A DNA stretch of 64,000 nucleotides, from positions 1,888,001-1,952,000 of the forward strand of contig OY970342.1 in NCBI GenBank assembly GCA_963717505.1, in the 5' to 3' direction. Shown here piece after piece: positions 8,603-18,855 of the stretch. This DNA is from Candidatus Eiseniibacteriota bacterium (GTDB lineage Bacteria > Eisenbacteria > RBG-16-71-46). The position numbers were made by a program, and so were the translations under genes. The notes under the pieces were generated by a model. That model saw nothing but the letters and a program-made list of their open reading frames with translations. It was not told the origin of the DNA and searched no databases. Position 1 is the stretch's first letter. Every line of letters begins with the position of its first letter.

Positions 8603-11044
8603 ATGGACGCCATCTTGCGCGATCTACGCCACGCCGTGCGCTCGTTGAGCCGGGCTCCGGGCCTGGTGATTGTCGTCGTCCTGTCGCTGGCACTCGGGAT
8701 CGGAGCCAATTCGACGGTGTTCAGCCTGATGAATGCCGTCGTGTTGCGGCCCATGCCCGCGGATCGGCCGGAGGAGCTGGCGATCCTCTACACCAGCGAG
8801 TCCGACGGCCGGAAGTGGGGCACGACGTCCTATCCGGACTACTTGGACTTCCGCGACGACGTGCGCGCGTTCCGGAGCCTCGGCGCCTACAGCGTGGCCC
8901 CGATCCAGCTCGCGAGCGGCGACGATCCGGCGCGGCGCGTCTTAGGGGGGATCGCCACCGGCAACTACTTCACCACGCTCGGGGTCGAAGCCGCCCTGGG
9001 CCGCACGCTCCAGCCGGCCGACGATGAGGCTCCGGGCGCGAGCCCTGTGGCGGTGCTGAGTCACAGCCTGTGGTCGCGAGCGTTTGGCAGCGACCCGACG
9101 GTGGTCGGACGGACCGTGCGGGTGAACGGCCATCCGTTCAGCGTGGTGGGTGTACTGCCGGAGCGCTTCAAAGGGCTGATGATGGGACTCGCGCCCGACC
9201 TCTGGGTGCCCACCGCCATGGTCGGCGCCGCCAATCCGAGCAGCGACCTGCTGACTCAGCGCGGCGGCCGATCCCTGATGGTCGTCGGCCGGCTCGCGCC
9301 CGGAGTCGACATTCGCGCCGCACGAGCCGAGTTGGACGGCGTGATGAGCCGGCTGGCCGCCGAGCATGTCGCCGACAGCGGCCGGGTGGCGACTCTGCTT
9401 CCGGAACGCGAAGCCCGAGTCATGCCCCAGGCGCGCGGCGCGCTTGTTGGATTCTTCGGTCTGCTGCTGGCGATCGTCGCCCTGGTGCTGGCGATCGCCT
9501 GCCTCAACGTTGCCGGCTTGATGCTGGCCCGGACCACGACCCGGCGGCGCGAGATCGGTATTCGACTGGCGCTCGGAGCCAGCCGGGCTCGACTGGTTCG
9601 CCAGCTCCTCACCGAGTGCGTCCTGCTCTCGCTGCTGGGCGGCGCTGCTGGACTGCTGCTCGCACAGTGGGGCACCGATCTCCTGCTCGCCTTCCGTCCG
9701 CCTTTGCCGTTCGACGTGGTGATCGACCTGAGGCCAGACGGCCGGGTGCTGGCGTTCACCATCCTGATTGCAATGGCAACCGGCATCGGCTTCGGTCTGG
9801 CGCCGGCGCTCGAGGCGGTTCGCCCCGACGTCCAGCCGGCGCTACGCGACACCGCGGGTGGGCCGCGCCGCTCGCGCATGCGCAGCGTTCTGGTCGTGGT
9901 TCAGGTGGCGCTGACCGTGGTGCTGCTCGCGGGCGCCGGACTCTTCCTGCGCGGACTCGAGCGCGCGGTGACGCTCGATCCGGGATTCGTCCCCGAGAAT
10001 CTCCACGCTCTGTCGTTCGACCTCGAGCTGACCGGCTACTCCACTGAACGAGGCTGGGCCTTCCAGGAACAATTGCTCGAGCGGGTGTCGGCGCTGGACG
10101 CGGTCGAGTCGGCGGCGATCACCGAGTACCTGCCGATGTCGCTGGGCTGGAGCAGGACCACGGTGTCGGTCGAGGGCGAGCCACCGCATGAAGGTTCGCC
10201 GCCCGAGATCTCGACCGGAATCGTGTCCGCGGGCTACTTCAAGACGATGCGGATTCCCATCGTCCACGGACGCGAGTTCTCGTCGTCAGATCGCGACGGC
10301 AGTCAGCCGGTGGCGATCGTGAACCAGAAGTTCGCGGAGATGCACTGGGCCGACCAGAATCCGATCGGCCGGCGGATCACGTTCGACGAGAACGGCCAGA
10401 CCGGCTGGATGACCGTGGTCGGCGTGGCGCGCAACGGCAAGTACCAACTCATCAACGAAGACCCGAGACCGTTCGTCTACGTGCTTTCGAGCCAGGCGGC
10501 GACCGAGCAACTGACTCTGGTGGCGCGTATCCCCGGCGATCCGCGCCAGGGTCTGGCCGCCATTCAGTCCGTCCTACGCTCTCTCGATCCCACGCTGCCG
10601 GTGTTCGAGATCCGGGCGGTCGAGGAGCTGCTGGGCGTGACGCTCACCCCGCTACGCATGGTGTCGTCGCTGCTCGCCGGGTTCGGCGTGCTGGGCATGC
10701 TCCTGGCCGCCATCGGGCTCTCCGGGCTGGTCGCGTTCTCGGCCAGCCAACGCACGCGCGAGATCGGCATTCGGTTGGCCCTAGGTGCGGTGCCCGAGCA
10801 GATCCTTTCGCTGGTACTCGGCCAGGGGATGCGTCTCGCATGGCTCGGGCTCGCGATCGGCTCCGTCCTCGCGGTTGCTGTGACCGGTCTGGTGCGTTCC
10901 TGGTTGTTCGGAGTCAGCTCCGCGGATCCATTGACCTATGCGGCAGTCACGTTGCTGATCACCGGAGTCACACTGCTCGCGGCCTGGATTCCCGCCCGCC
11001 GCGCGGCGCGTGTCGACCCCATGGTCGCCTTGAGACAAGAGTGA
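8603..11044 (+). CDS. ABC permease 2, duplicated MacB/FtsX domains (ADOP-like)
   Basis: Same architecture: REIGIRLALGA occurs twice; C-terminal PARRAARVDPMVALRQE. Confidence 0.9.
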   Translation: MDAILRDLRHAVRSLSRAPGLVIVVVLSLALGIGANSTVFSLMNAVVLRPMPADRPEELAILYTSESDGRKWGTTSYPDYLDFRDDVRAFRSLGAYSVAPIQLASGDDPARRVLGGIATGNYFTTLGVEAALGRTLQPADDEAPGASPVAVLSHSLWSRAFGSDPTVVGRTVRVNGHPFSVVGVLPERFKGLMMGLAPDLWVPTAMVGAANPSSDLLTQRGGRSLMVVGRLAPGVDIRAARAELDGVMSRLAAEHVADSGRVATLLPEREARVMPQARGALVGFFGLLLAIVALVLAIACLNVAGLMLARTTTRRREIGIRLALGASRARLVRQLLTECVLLSLLGGAAGLLLAQWGTDLLLAFRPPLPFDVVIDLRPDGRVLAFTILIAMATGIGFGLAPALEAVRPDVQPALRDTAGGPRRSRMRSVLVVVQVALTVVLLAGAGLFLRGLERAVTLDPGFVPENLHALSFDLELTGYSTERGWAFQEQLLERVSALDAVESAAITEYLPMSLGWSRTTVSVEGEPPHEGSPPEISTGIVSAGYFKTMRIPIVHGREFSSSDRDGSQPVAIVNQKFAEMHWADQNPIGRRITFDENGQTGWMTVVGVARNGKYQLINEDPRPFVYVLSSQAATEQLTLVARIPGDPRQGLAAIQSVLRSLDPTLPVFEIRAVEELLGVTLTPLRMVSSLLAGFGVLGMLLAAIGLSGLVAFSASQRTREIGIRLALGAVPEQILSLVLGQGMRLAWLGLAIGSVLAVAVTGLVRSWLFGVSSADPLTYAAVTLLITGVTLLAAWIPARRAARVDPMVALRQE

Positions 11045-11054
11045 GGAGATTGCG

Positions 11055-13463
11055 ATGACAGGCATCGGTCAGGATCTGCGTTTCGCGTGGCGCATGCTCG
11101 CCAAGAGTCCAGGCTTCACCGCGGTGGTCGTGGTGGTGATGGGACTCGGCATCGGCGTCAATGCCAGCATTTTCACCGCGGTGCGTGGCATCCTCCTTCG
11201 CCCGCTGCCGTTCTTCGAGCCCGATCGCATCATGGCGATCCAGTCGGCTGCACTCAATCGCCAGGGCGAGTACATGGAGATGTCGTCTCCCGACTATTCC
11301 GACGTGGCCACGCGGTCCAAATCGTTCACCGCGCTCGGCGCCTGGACCGAGAGCCAGGCGTACCTGACGATCGGCAACGATCCCGAGCGCTTTGAAAGCG
11401 GGATGATCACGCCGTCTCTGTTCGGCGTGCTGGGTGTTCGCCCGATCCTCGGTCGCGACTTCCTGCCCGAGGAAGGCGTCGAAGGCAAGCAGCTTTCATC
11501 GGTCCTGATCAGCCATCGCATCTGGAAGAATCGGCTCGGCTCCGATCCCGACGTCGTGGGTCGCACCTTCCGGATGAACGGCCGGGTGCGCACCGTAGTC
11601 GGGGTCATGGGACCCGGATTCCAGTTCCCCGAGACCGCGGACTTCTGGATCCCGATGGCGTTGGACCCCGTCAAAGATCACCGAGCCGGGCGGTTCCTGG
11701 ACGTGGCCGCTCGCCTGCGTCCGGGCGTGACGGCGGCCGCCGCTGGTGCTGAGGTCCAAGGCGTCGCCCAGGTCGTGGCGCGCGTACATCCCGAGACCAA
11801 CGAACATATTGGCGCCCGCGTTCTACCGCTGCGCGAGTCAATGGTCGAGGAGGTCCGGCCGGCGATGGCCATGCTCATGGTCGCCGTCGGATTCGTGTTG
11901 CTCATCGCCTGCGCCAACGTGGCGAATCTGATGCTGGCTCGCGCTTCGGCGAGGCAACGCGAGCTAGGATTGCGCACAGCCCTCGGTGCCGGCCGTGCGC
12001 GCATCGCGCGTCAGTTGTTGACCGAGAGCCTGCTGGTCGCTGGACTCGGCGGGGCGCTCGGGGTGGTCATCGCGTACTGGGCCAACGACCTGATCCTGGC
12101 CTCGATTCCCCAGGAGCTGCCGTTCTGGATGCGAATCGAGGTCGATGGCATGGTCCTGCTCTACGCGATCCTGATCACGCTGGGTTCGGGCATTCTGTTC
12201 GGGTTGGCGCCGCTGCTGCACATGTCGGTGCGCCGGCTCCAGGAGTCGATTCGGGAAGGCAGCGGCCAGTCCGGCGTCGGCCGCGGCGCGGCGCGAGTGC
12301 GCAACGCGCTGGTGGTCGCCGAAGTCGCGCTGGCCATGGTGCTGCTGGTCGGCGCCGGTCTCATGATCCGGAGCTTCCTGTACAAGCAGGAAGTGCGCGG
12401 AGCCCTCGATCCGAGCGGGGTGCTCACGGGCCGCGTCACGCTGCCGGTCGCCAGCTACACCGACGACGATGCCCGGCGCCGATTCTTCACCGAAGTGGTG
12501 CAGCGGGTGGCGGCGTTGCCCGGTGTGACTCGAGCCTCGGCGATCAACGTGCTGCCGATGGGGAACGACCTGTGGATCACGTCCGTGATGCGTGAGGGGA
12601 CCGAGGACGTGCGCAGCAATGCCCCAGACGTCGGCTTCGCGTTCATCCTGCCTGGCTATTTCGAAACCATGCGAATCCAGTTGGTCGCTGGGCGCGAGTT
12701 CACCTGGGACGATGACCAGGATGCTCCGCCGGTCGCGATCGTCAACCAGTCGGCCGCGCGCCAGCTGTGGCCGGGCGAGGATCCGATTGGCAAGCGATTC
12801 GCGACCAGCTTCACCGACTCGGGCGCCGTGCTCACCGTGATCGGCGTCGTCACCGACGTTCGGCCGCACGCCGAGCACAGCCGGGTCGCCCAGTTGTTCG
12901 TACCGCACCTTGCGGATCCGGTGCAGACCATGACCCTGGTGGTGCGGACCGAGGGCGAGCCTGCGGCCCTGACTCCGGCCATCCGCGGCTTGCTTCGGGA
13001 ACGCGACCCCGATCTGCCGTTCTACGACGTAGCGAGCATGTCGGCCTCGATGAGCCGCGCCCTGTGGGAGCCACGGCTCTACACCTGGTTGATGAGCGTC
13101 TACTCGGTTCTGGCGGTGGTGCTCGCCGCGGTTGGCATTTACGGCGTCATGGCGTTCCGGGTCGCCCAGCGCACGCAGGAGATCGGCATCCGCATGGCGC
13201 TGGGCGCCGCCCAGAGCACGGTCCTGCGCATGGTGGTCGGCCAGGGCTTGTTATTGGCGGTGATCGGACTCGGAATTGGCACAGCGGGGGCCTACGGACT
13301 CACCCGCTTCATGGCCGACTTGCTGTTCGGCGTGCGGGCCGATGACCCGCCGACCTTCGTCGGCGTGGCGGTGATCCTGGCGGTGACCGCGGTGCTGGCG
13401 TGCTGGGTGCCCGCGTATCGCGCCTCGCGCGTCGACCCGATGGTCGCGCTCCGACACGAGTGA
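11055..13463 (+). CDS. ABC permease 3, duplicated MacB/FtsX domains (ADOP-like)
   Basis: LLIACANVANL, QRTQEIGIRMALGA, C-terminal PAYRASRVDPMVALRHE. Confidence 0.9.
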   Translation: MTGIGQDLRFAWRMLAKSPGFTAVVVVVMGLGIGVNASIFTAVRGILLRPLPFFEPDRIMAIQSAALNRQGEYMEMSSPDYSDVATRSKSFTALGAWTESQAYLTIGNDPERFESGMITPSLFGVLGVRPILGRDFLPEEGVEGKQLSSVLISHRIWKNRLGSDPDVVGRTFRMNGRVRTVVGVMGPGFQFPETADFWIPMALDPVKDHRAGRFLDVAARLRPGVTAAAAGAEVQGVAQVVARVHPETNEHIGARVLPLRESMVEEVRPAMAMLMVAVGFVLLIACANVANLMLARASARQRELGLRTALGAGRARIARQLLTESLLVAGLGGALGVVIAYWANDLILASIPQELPFWMRIEVDGMVLLYAILITLGSGILFGLAPLLHMSVRRLQESIREGSGQSGVGRGAARVRNALVVAEVALAMVLLVGAGLMIRSFLYKQEVRGALDPSGVLTGRVTLPVASYTDDDARRRFFTEVVQRVAALPGVTRASAINVLPMGNDLWITSVMREGTEDVRSNAPDVGFAFILPGYFETMRIQLVAGREFTWDDDQDAPPVAIVNQSAARQLWPGEDPIGKRFATSFTDSGAVLTVIGVVTDVRPHAEHSRVAQLFVPHLADPVQTMTLVVRTEGEPAALTPAIRGLLRERDPDLPFYDVASMSASMSRALWEPRLYTWLMSVYSVLAVVLAAVGIYGVMAFRVAQRTQEIGIRMALGAAQSTVLRMVVGQGLLLAVIGLGIGTAGAYGLTRFMADLLFGVRADDPPTFVGVAVILAVTAVLACWVPAYRASRVDPMVALRHE

Positions 13464-13471
13464 GGGACATC

Positions 13472-14572
13472 ATGCGAACTCGAGCCTTTTGGTGGCTGTT
13501 GGCGCTCGCGACGGGCATCGGTCTGCTCGCCGCCCTGGCGCCGATCCCGAGGGCGTTGGCGGCCGAGAGTCCGCTCGATCTGATCGAGCGCGGACGTTGG
13601 CGCGAAGCAAAGGCGATCCTCGAGCCGCGGGTCGCCGCGAATGCGTCCGACGCCGAGGCGGCCTGGCTGCTGTCGCGGGTGCGGCTGGCCTATGACGACA
13701 ACCAGGGCGCGCTCCAACTGGCCGAGAAGGCGGTGGCACTCGACGACGCCGACGCGCGTTTCCACGAGCAGCTGGCGATGGTGCTGGGCGACAAGGCGCA
13801 GGATGCCGGTCCGTTGTCGCAGATGCGTCTCGCCGGAAAATTCAAGAAGGAGGCGGATCGCGCGGTCGCGCTCGATCCGCGCCGCTTCCGGGCGCAGCAA
13901 GCGCTGCTGTCCTTCTACGTGAAAGCGCCGGGGATCGCCGGCGGCAGCAAGGAGAAGGCGCGCGCCAAGGCGGAAGAGATCCTGGCGCTCGATCCGGTCG
14001 AAGGCCAACTCGCGCACGCCCGGCTGGCGATGGAGCTGAAGGATTCGACGGCGGCGCTCGATCGCTATCGCAAGGCCGTGGCCGCCGACCCCGAGAGTTA
14101 TGAGGCGCGGATTGCACTGGCGAGCGCCCTGGCACAGCGGCCCGCGAACCTGGCGGAGGCCGAGCAGCATGCACTCGAAGCCCGGCGCATCGACTCCGGC
14201 CGCATCGGATCGTGGGCGTTGCTGGCCGGCATTTACGCGCACAACAGACGCTGGCCGGAACTCGATGCTCTGCTCGCGGAAGCACGCAGCGCGGTGCCCG
14301 GCAATCGCTCGGCCGAGTACTCGGCGGCGCGCACGATGGTCGTCACGCGCAGCGATCCGGCGCGCGCCGAACGACTGCTGCGCGACTACCTCACCGTCGA
14401 GCCGGAACCGGAATCCCCCGGACGTGCCGCCGCTCACTGGCGGCTGGCGCTGGCGCTCGAGCAGCAGGACCGCGGCCGCGAAGCCGTCGCCGAGCTGGAA
14501 TCGGCGGTTCGACTGGATCCCGATTTCGAGCCGGCGAAGAAAGACCTGAAACGCATGAGGAAGCAATCATGA
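13472..14572 (+). CDS. Secreted tetratricopeptide-repeat protein
   Basis: Signal peptide, several TPR-like helical repeats (AVALDP motifs) and an APGIAGG motif. Confidence 0.8.
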   Translation: MRTRAFWWLLALATGIGLLAALAPIPRALAAESPLDLIERGRWREAKAILEPRVAANASDAEAAWLLSRVRLAYDDNQGALQLAEKAVALDDADARFHEQLAMVLGDKAQDAGPLSQMRLAGKFKKEADRAVALDPRRFRAQQALLSFYVKAPGIAGGSKEKARAKAEEILALDPVEGQLAHARLAMELKDSTAALDRYRKAVAADPESYEARIALASALAQRPANLAEAEQHALEARRIDSGRIGSWALLAGIYAHNRRWPELDALLAEARSAVPGNRSAEYSAARTMVVTRSDPARAERLLRDYLTVEPEPESPGRAAAHWRLALALEQQDRGREAVAELESAVRLDPDFEPAKKDLKRMRKQS

Positions 14573-15327
14573 ACGGCACACAGCACGTCCCGACCACGGG
14601 CGAGGGGCCGGGGAACGTAGCCGCCACCGGAACGCTCCTGCGCACGGTTGGCCTCGACAAGAACTTCGGCCAGGGCAATGCCCGAACCTGGGTGCTGCGC
14701 GGCGTGTCGCTCGAAGTGCAGGAAGGCGAATTCGTCTCGATCATGGGGCCGTCGGGGGCCGGCAAGTCGACGCTGCTCCACATCCTCGGCATGCACGAAA
14801 GTGCGTGGGAAGGCGAGTACTGGTTCCTCGACGAGCCGGTGCACGCGCTCAAGCCTCACGCCCGGGCGGCGCTGCGCAACCGGAACATCGGCTTCGTCTT
14901 CCAGCAGTACCACTTGCTCGACGACCTGACCGTCTACGAGAACATCGAGATCCCGCTCAGCTACCGCAACGTGCCCAAGTCCGAGCGCGCCGGCATCGTC
15001 GCCGAGGTGCTCGACCGTTTCCAGATCGTGGGCAAGAAGGACCTGTATCCGCGCCAGCTCTCGGGCGGCCAGCAGCAGCTGGTGGCGATCGCGCGCGCGA
15101 TCGTGGCCAAGCCGCGGCTGATTCTCGCCGACGAGCCGACCGGCAACCTGCACTCCGACCAGGGTCGCGAAATCATGGAGCTGTTCGAGCGCCTGAACCG
15201 GGCCGGCACCACCATCCTGCAAGTCACTCATTCCGACAGCAATGCCCGCTACGGGCACCGCGTCATTCGCCTGCGCGACGGTTGGATCGATGCCGCTCGG
15301 TCGGAAGGCGCGACCCCTTCCGTGTGA
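14569..15327 (+). CDS. ABC transporter ATP-binding protein 2
   Basis: [31 protein letters not shown] overlap with the TPR gene. Confidence 0.92.
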   Translation: MNGTQHVPTTGEGPGNVAATGTLLRTVGLDKNFGQGNARTWVLRGVSLEVQEGEFVSIMGPSGAGKSTLLHILGMHESAWEGEYWFLDEPVHALKPHARAALRNRNIGFVFQQYHLLDDLTVYENIEIPLSYRNVPKSERAGIVAEVLDRFQIVGKKDLYPRQLSGGQQQLVAIARAIVAKPRLILADEPTGNLHSDQGREIMELFERLNRAGTTILQVTHSDSNARYGHRVIRLRDGWIDAARSEGATPSV

Positions 15328-15334
15328 GGCGGCC

Positions 15335-17731
15335 ATGGACACCGTGATCCACGATCTGCGCTGCGCCCTGAGGGCGTTCCGCCGCGAGCCCGGCTTCGCA
15401 CTCGCGGCCATCCTGACCCTGGCGCTCGGCATCGGCGCGACCACCTCGATCTTCAGTGTGGTCAACGGCGTGCTGCTCAAGTCGCTGCCCTACCCCGAGC
15501 CCTCGCGCCTGGTCTCGTTCCAGAACCACGTTTCGGCGCTCAACCTGCGCGACGTGCTGGCGTGGAGCCGGAGTTTCGCGGCCGGCGGCGGCTGCGTGCC
15601 GCAACCGCTCGCGTGGACCGACGGCCTCGAGCCGGTGCAGCTCGAAGTCGGCCTGGTCACCGGTGGGCTGTTCGAGGCGATGGGCGTGCCGCCCGCGCGC
15701 GGGCGGACGCTGACCGCGGCCGACGATCACGTCGGCGGCGAACGCATCGTGGTGGTCAGCCATGGGTTCTGGATGGGATCGCTCGGCGGCGACGCCAACG
15801 TGCTCGGTCGCACGCTGCGGCTCGCGGGCGAAAGTTATCGAGTGGTCGGCGTCATGCCCGCGGGGTTCTCGATCCCGAGGATCGAGTCCGAGGTGTTCGC
15901 ACCGCTCGAAGCGGTGTTCCCGCCCGCGGCTCAGTTCCGGGGGATCAACTTCCTGCGCACCAGTCTGCGGTTGGCGCCCGGCGTCACGCTCGGCCAGGCG
16001 CGCCAGGAAATGGTCGCGATCGGCCAGCGTCTGGAGCAGGTCGACCCGCAGGAGAACACCGGGCGGAACTGGGAACTGAGTCCGCTTCGCGACCGGATTG
16101 TCGGCAACGTGCGCACGGCGCTGTGGATCCTGCTTGGCGCGGTGGGCCTGGTATTGCTGGTCGCATGCTCGAACTTCGCGAGTCTGCTGCTGACCCGCTC
16201 GACCTCGCGCGTCCACGACCTCTCGGTGCGCTCGGCGCTCGGCGCCGGGCGGCCTCAGCTCATGCGCCTGCTGGTCACTGAGAGCGTGCTGCTCGCGCTG
16301 ATCGGGGGCGGGCTGGGAGTGCTGTTCTCGCAATGGGCGGTCGATCTTCTGCTGCTGCTGTCGCCGGCGAACCTGCCACGCCTCGGCGACATCGCGGTGG
16401 ATGGTCGCGTCCTGGCGTTCGCGCTCGCGCTGTCCGTGTCGACCGGAATCGTCTTCGGACTGATGCCGGCCTACCGGGCCGCGCAGGGCGCGGAAGCCGA
16501 AGCGCTCAAGCGGAGCGGCGCCACGGTGGCGCATGCCGCGGGCGGCCAACGCCTGCTCGGCGGACTGGTGACGGCGCAGATCGCGCTCGCGCTGGTGCTA
16601 CTCGCCGGCGCCGGCCTCCTGGTCAACGGTTTCTGGCGGTTGCGCTCGGTGCCACCCGGATTCGATCCGCGCGGCACTCTGACCTTGCGTATCGAGCTGC
16701 CCGAAGCCAAGTACCCGGACCTCGCGGCCCAGAGTCGTTACCGCGATCAGGTGTTCGAGGCGTTGAGCGACCTTCCCGGCGCTCGGGTTGCGATGATCAG
16801 CGAGTTGCCGCTCACCGGCGACGCGCTGATGCACAACGTCCTGGTCGACGGCGCACCACCGGTGCCGCGCGGCACCGAGCCCGAGCTGTTCAGCCGCAGC
16901 GTCCAGGGCAACTACTTCGAGATCATGCGCATCCCGATCGTCGCCGGACGCGCGCTCGCCGCCACCGACCGCGCCGACGCGATGCGGGTCGGCGTGATCA
17001 ACGAGAGCATGGCGCGCGAGTACTTCCCCCGCCGCTCGCCGATCGGGCAGCGAGTGCGTTGGGCGAGCCAGGAAGTGCCGGAGTGGATCACGATCGTCGG
17101 CGTCGCCGCCGACGTCCGACACTTCGGCCTGCGCGAGCGCGAGCAGCCGGCGATCTACACACCGTACGCGCAATTCGGCGCGGACTGGAAACGCTGGATG
17201 CACGTGGTGGTGCGCGGCGAACGCGGGATCGCAGGCCTGGTGGCGCCGGTCAAGGCGCGTATCGCCTCGGTCGACCGCGAGATTCCGCTGACCCGAGTGC
17301 AGGGCATGGAGGAAATCCTGGGCGCCTCGCTGGCCGGCGAGCGCTTCAATCTGGTGGTGATCACGATCTTCGCAATGGTGGCACTGGCGCTCGCGGTGCT
17401 CGGGGTGTTCGGCGTGACCGCGTACGCCGTCGGCCGGCGCACGCGCGAGTTCGGTCTGCGCATGGCACTGGGCGCCACCGGCGCCGACCTGTGGCGCCTG
17501 GTGCTCGGGCGCGGTGCGGTCCTGGTCGGGATCGGTTTGGGCGTGGGTGTCGCAGGCGCGTTGTTGCTGACCCGCCTGATGACCAGCCTGCTTTACGAAG
17601 TTCAGCCGAACGACCCGGTCACGTTCGCGGTCGTCGCTCTCGTTCTGGGCGTGGCGTCGCTCGCCGCGTGCGCGATGCCGGCACTGCGGGCGACCCGAAT
17701 GGAGCCGCTGTCGGCGTTGCGGGTGGAATGA
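15335..17731 (+). CDS. ABC permease 4, duplicated MacB/FtsX domains
   Basis: LLVACSNFASL, RRTREFGLRMALGA, C-terminal PALRATRMEPLSALRVE. Confidence 0.88.
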   Translation: MDTVIHDLRCALRAFRREPGFALAAILTLALGIGATTSIFSVVNGVLLKSLPYPEPSRLVSFQNHVSALNLRDVLAWSRSFAAGGGCVPQPLAWTDGLEPVQLEVGLVTGGLFEAMGVPPARGRTLTAADDHVGGERIVVVSHGFWMGSLGGDANVLGRTLRLAGESYRVVGVMPAGFSIPRIESEVFAPLEAVFPPAAQFRGINFLRTSLRLAPGVTLGQARQEMVAIGQRLEQVDPQENTGRNWELSPLRDRIVGNVRTALWILLGAVGLVLLVACSNFASLLLTRSTSRVHDLSVRSALGAGRPQLMRLLVTESVLLALIGGGLGVLFSQWAVDLLLLLSPANLPRLGDIAVDGRVLAFALALSVSTGIVFGLMPAYRAAQGAEAEALKRSGATVAHAAGGQRLLGGLVTAQIALALVLLAGAGLLVNGFWRLRSVPPGFDPRGTLTLRIELPEAKYPDLAAQSRYRDQVFEALSDLPGARVAMISELPLTGDALMHNVLVDGAPPVPRGTEPELFSRSVQGNYFEIMRIPIVAGRALAATDRADAMRVGVINESMAREYFPRRSPIGQRVRWASQEVPEWITIVGVAADVRHFGLREREQPAIYTPYAQFGADWKRWMHVVVRGERGIAGLVAPVKARIASVDREIPLTRVQGMEEILGASLAGERFNLVVITIFAMVALALAVLGVFGVTAYAVGRRTREFGLRMALGATGADLWRLVLGRGAVLVGIGLGVGVAGALLLTRLMTSLLYEVQPNDPVTFAVVALVLGVASLAACAMPALRATRMEPLSALRVE

Positions 17732-17948
17732 TGTGCCTGAATCCCGCGGCGGTCCCGCGCTCCGGATAGCGCCCGGTCGCTGGTCGCGCGCCAAGCCGCG
17801 CTCGTCCCGCGAAGTCCGACGGTTTCCCGGCCCATGGTAGCCTGCCGACCTCATCCCCGGGCCGCATTCGCGGTTCCGCGAAACCCTCGACCGGGAAACG
17901 CGAGGCGCGCCGGCGCCTGGAGCGCCGGGGCCGATACTGGAGGCAATC

Positions 17949-18737
17949 ATGACGATTCTCACGCAGCACGCACAGGGCACGTTTTGCTGGCCCGAGCTGG
18001 CATCCACTGATCAGAATGCCGCGAAGAAGTTCTATGGCGAGTTGTTCGGGTGGACTTCGACCGACGTTCCGATGGGGCCGGATGCCGGTTCCTATACGTT
18101 GTTCAAGAAGGGCGGGAACGACTGCGCCGCGCTATACCCGCTCGGTCCCGACATGCTCGCGCAGGGCGTGCCGCCGAATTGGGGCGCATACATTGCGGTG
18201 AACAGCGCCGACGAAACCGCGAAAAAGGCCAAGGAGCTGGGCGCCACGGTGATCATGGAGCCGTTCGACGTCATGGGCACGCTCGGCCGCATGGCGGTGG
18301 TGCAGGACCCGACCGGCGCGGTATTCAGCGTCTGGCAGGCCAAAGATCACATCGGCGCCGGAGTGCTCGACGAGCCCGGAGCGATGTGCTGGACCGAGCT
18401 GATGACCGGCGATCCCGACAAGGCACGCTCGTTCTATACCAAGCTCGTGGGCTGGACCACGCAGGAGATGAGCGCCGATTTCGGCAACTACACAATGTTC
18501 CTGCGGGAGGGCGGCGCCAAGGCCGGCGGCCTGATGAAGACGCCCGACGAAATGGCCGGGGTGCCGCCGCACTGGATGACCTACTTCGCGGTCAGCGACA
18601 TCCAGCAGACGACGGCGCTGGTCCAGAAGCTCGGGGGCACGGTCAACGTGCCGCCGATGCCGATCCCGAACATCGGCAGCTTCGCGGTCTACGCGGATCC
18701 GCAGGGGGCGGTGTTCGCGGTGCTGCAACCGCAGTAA
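17949..18737 (+). CDS. VOC/glyoxalase family protein (two-domain, CFP32-like)
   Basis: Duplicated motifs FCWPELASTD...AKKFY and MCWTELMTGD...ARSFY; DPTGAVF and DPQGAVF. GGAGG RBS. Confidence 0.9.
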   Translation: MTILTQHAQGTFCWPELASTDQNAAKKFYGELFGWTSTDVPMGPDAGSYTLFKKGGNDCAALYPLGPDMLAQGVPPNWGAYIAVNSADETAKKAKELGATVIMEPFDVMGTLGRMAVVQDPTGAVFSVWQAKDHIGAGVLDEPGAMCWTELMTGDPDKARSFYTKLVGWTTQEMSADFGNYTMFLREGGAKAGGLMKTPDEMAGVPPHWMTYFAVSDIQQTTALVQKLGGTVNVPPMPIPNIGSFAVYADPQGAVFAVLQPQ

Positions 18738-18755
18738 TCAGCCTTCGCTTGCGCG

Positions 18756-18796
18756 GCGGGGTTGCGACCTTCGGGTCCGCGACCCCGTTCGCGTTT
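18756..18796 (+). terminator. Probable intrinsic terminator
   Basis: GCGGGGTTGCGACC-TTCG-GGTCCGCGACCCCGT hairpin with a cUUCGg loop, followed by TCGCGTTTT. Confidence 0.55.
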
Positions 18797-18855
18797 TCCC
18801 GTACACTCGCCGGCCGAGATGACCTTCGCGCGCGACCTGTCGTGACGGAGCCCCG

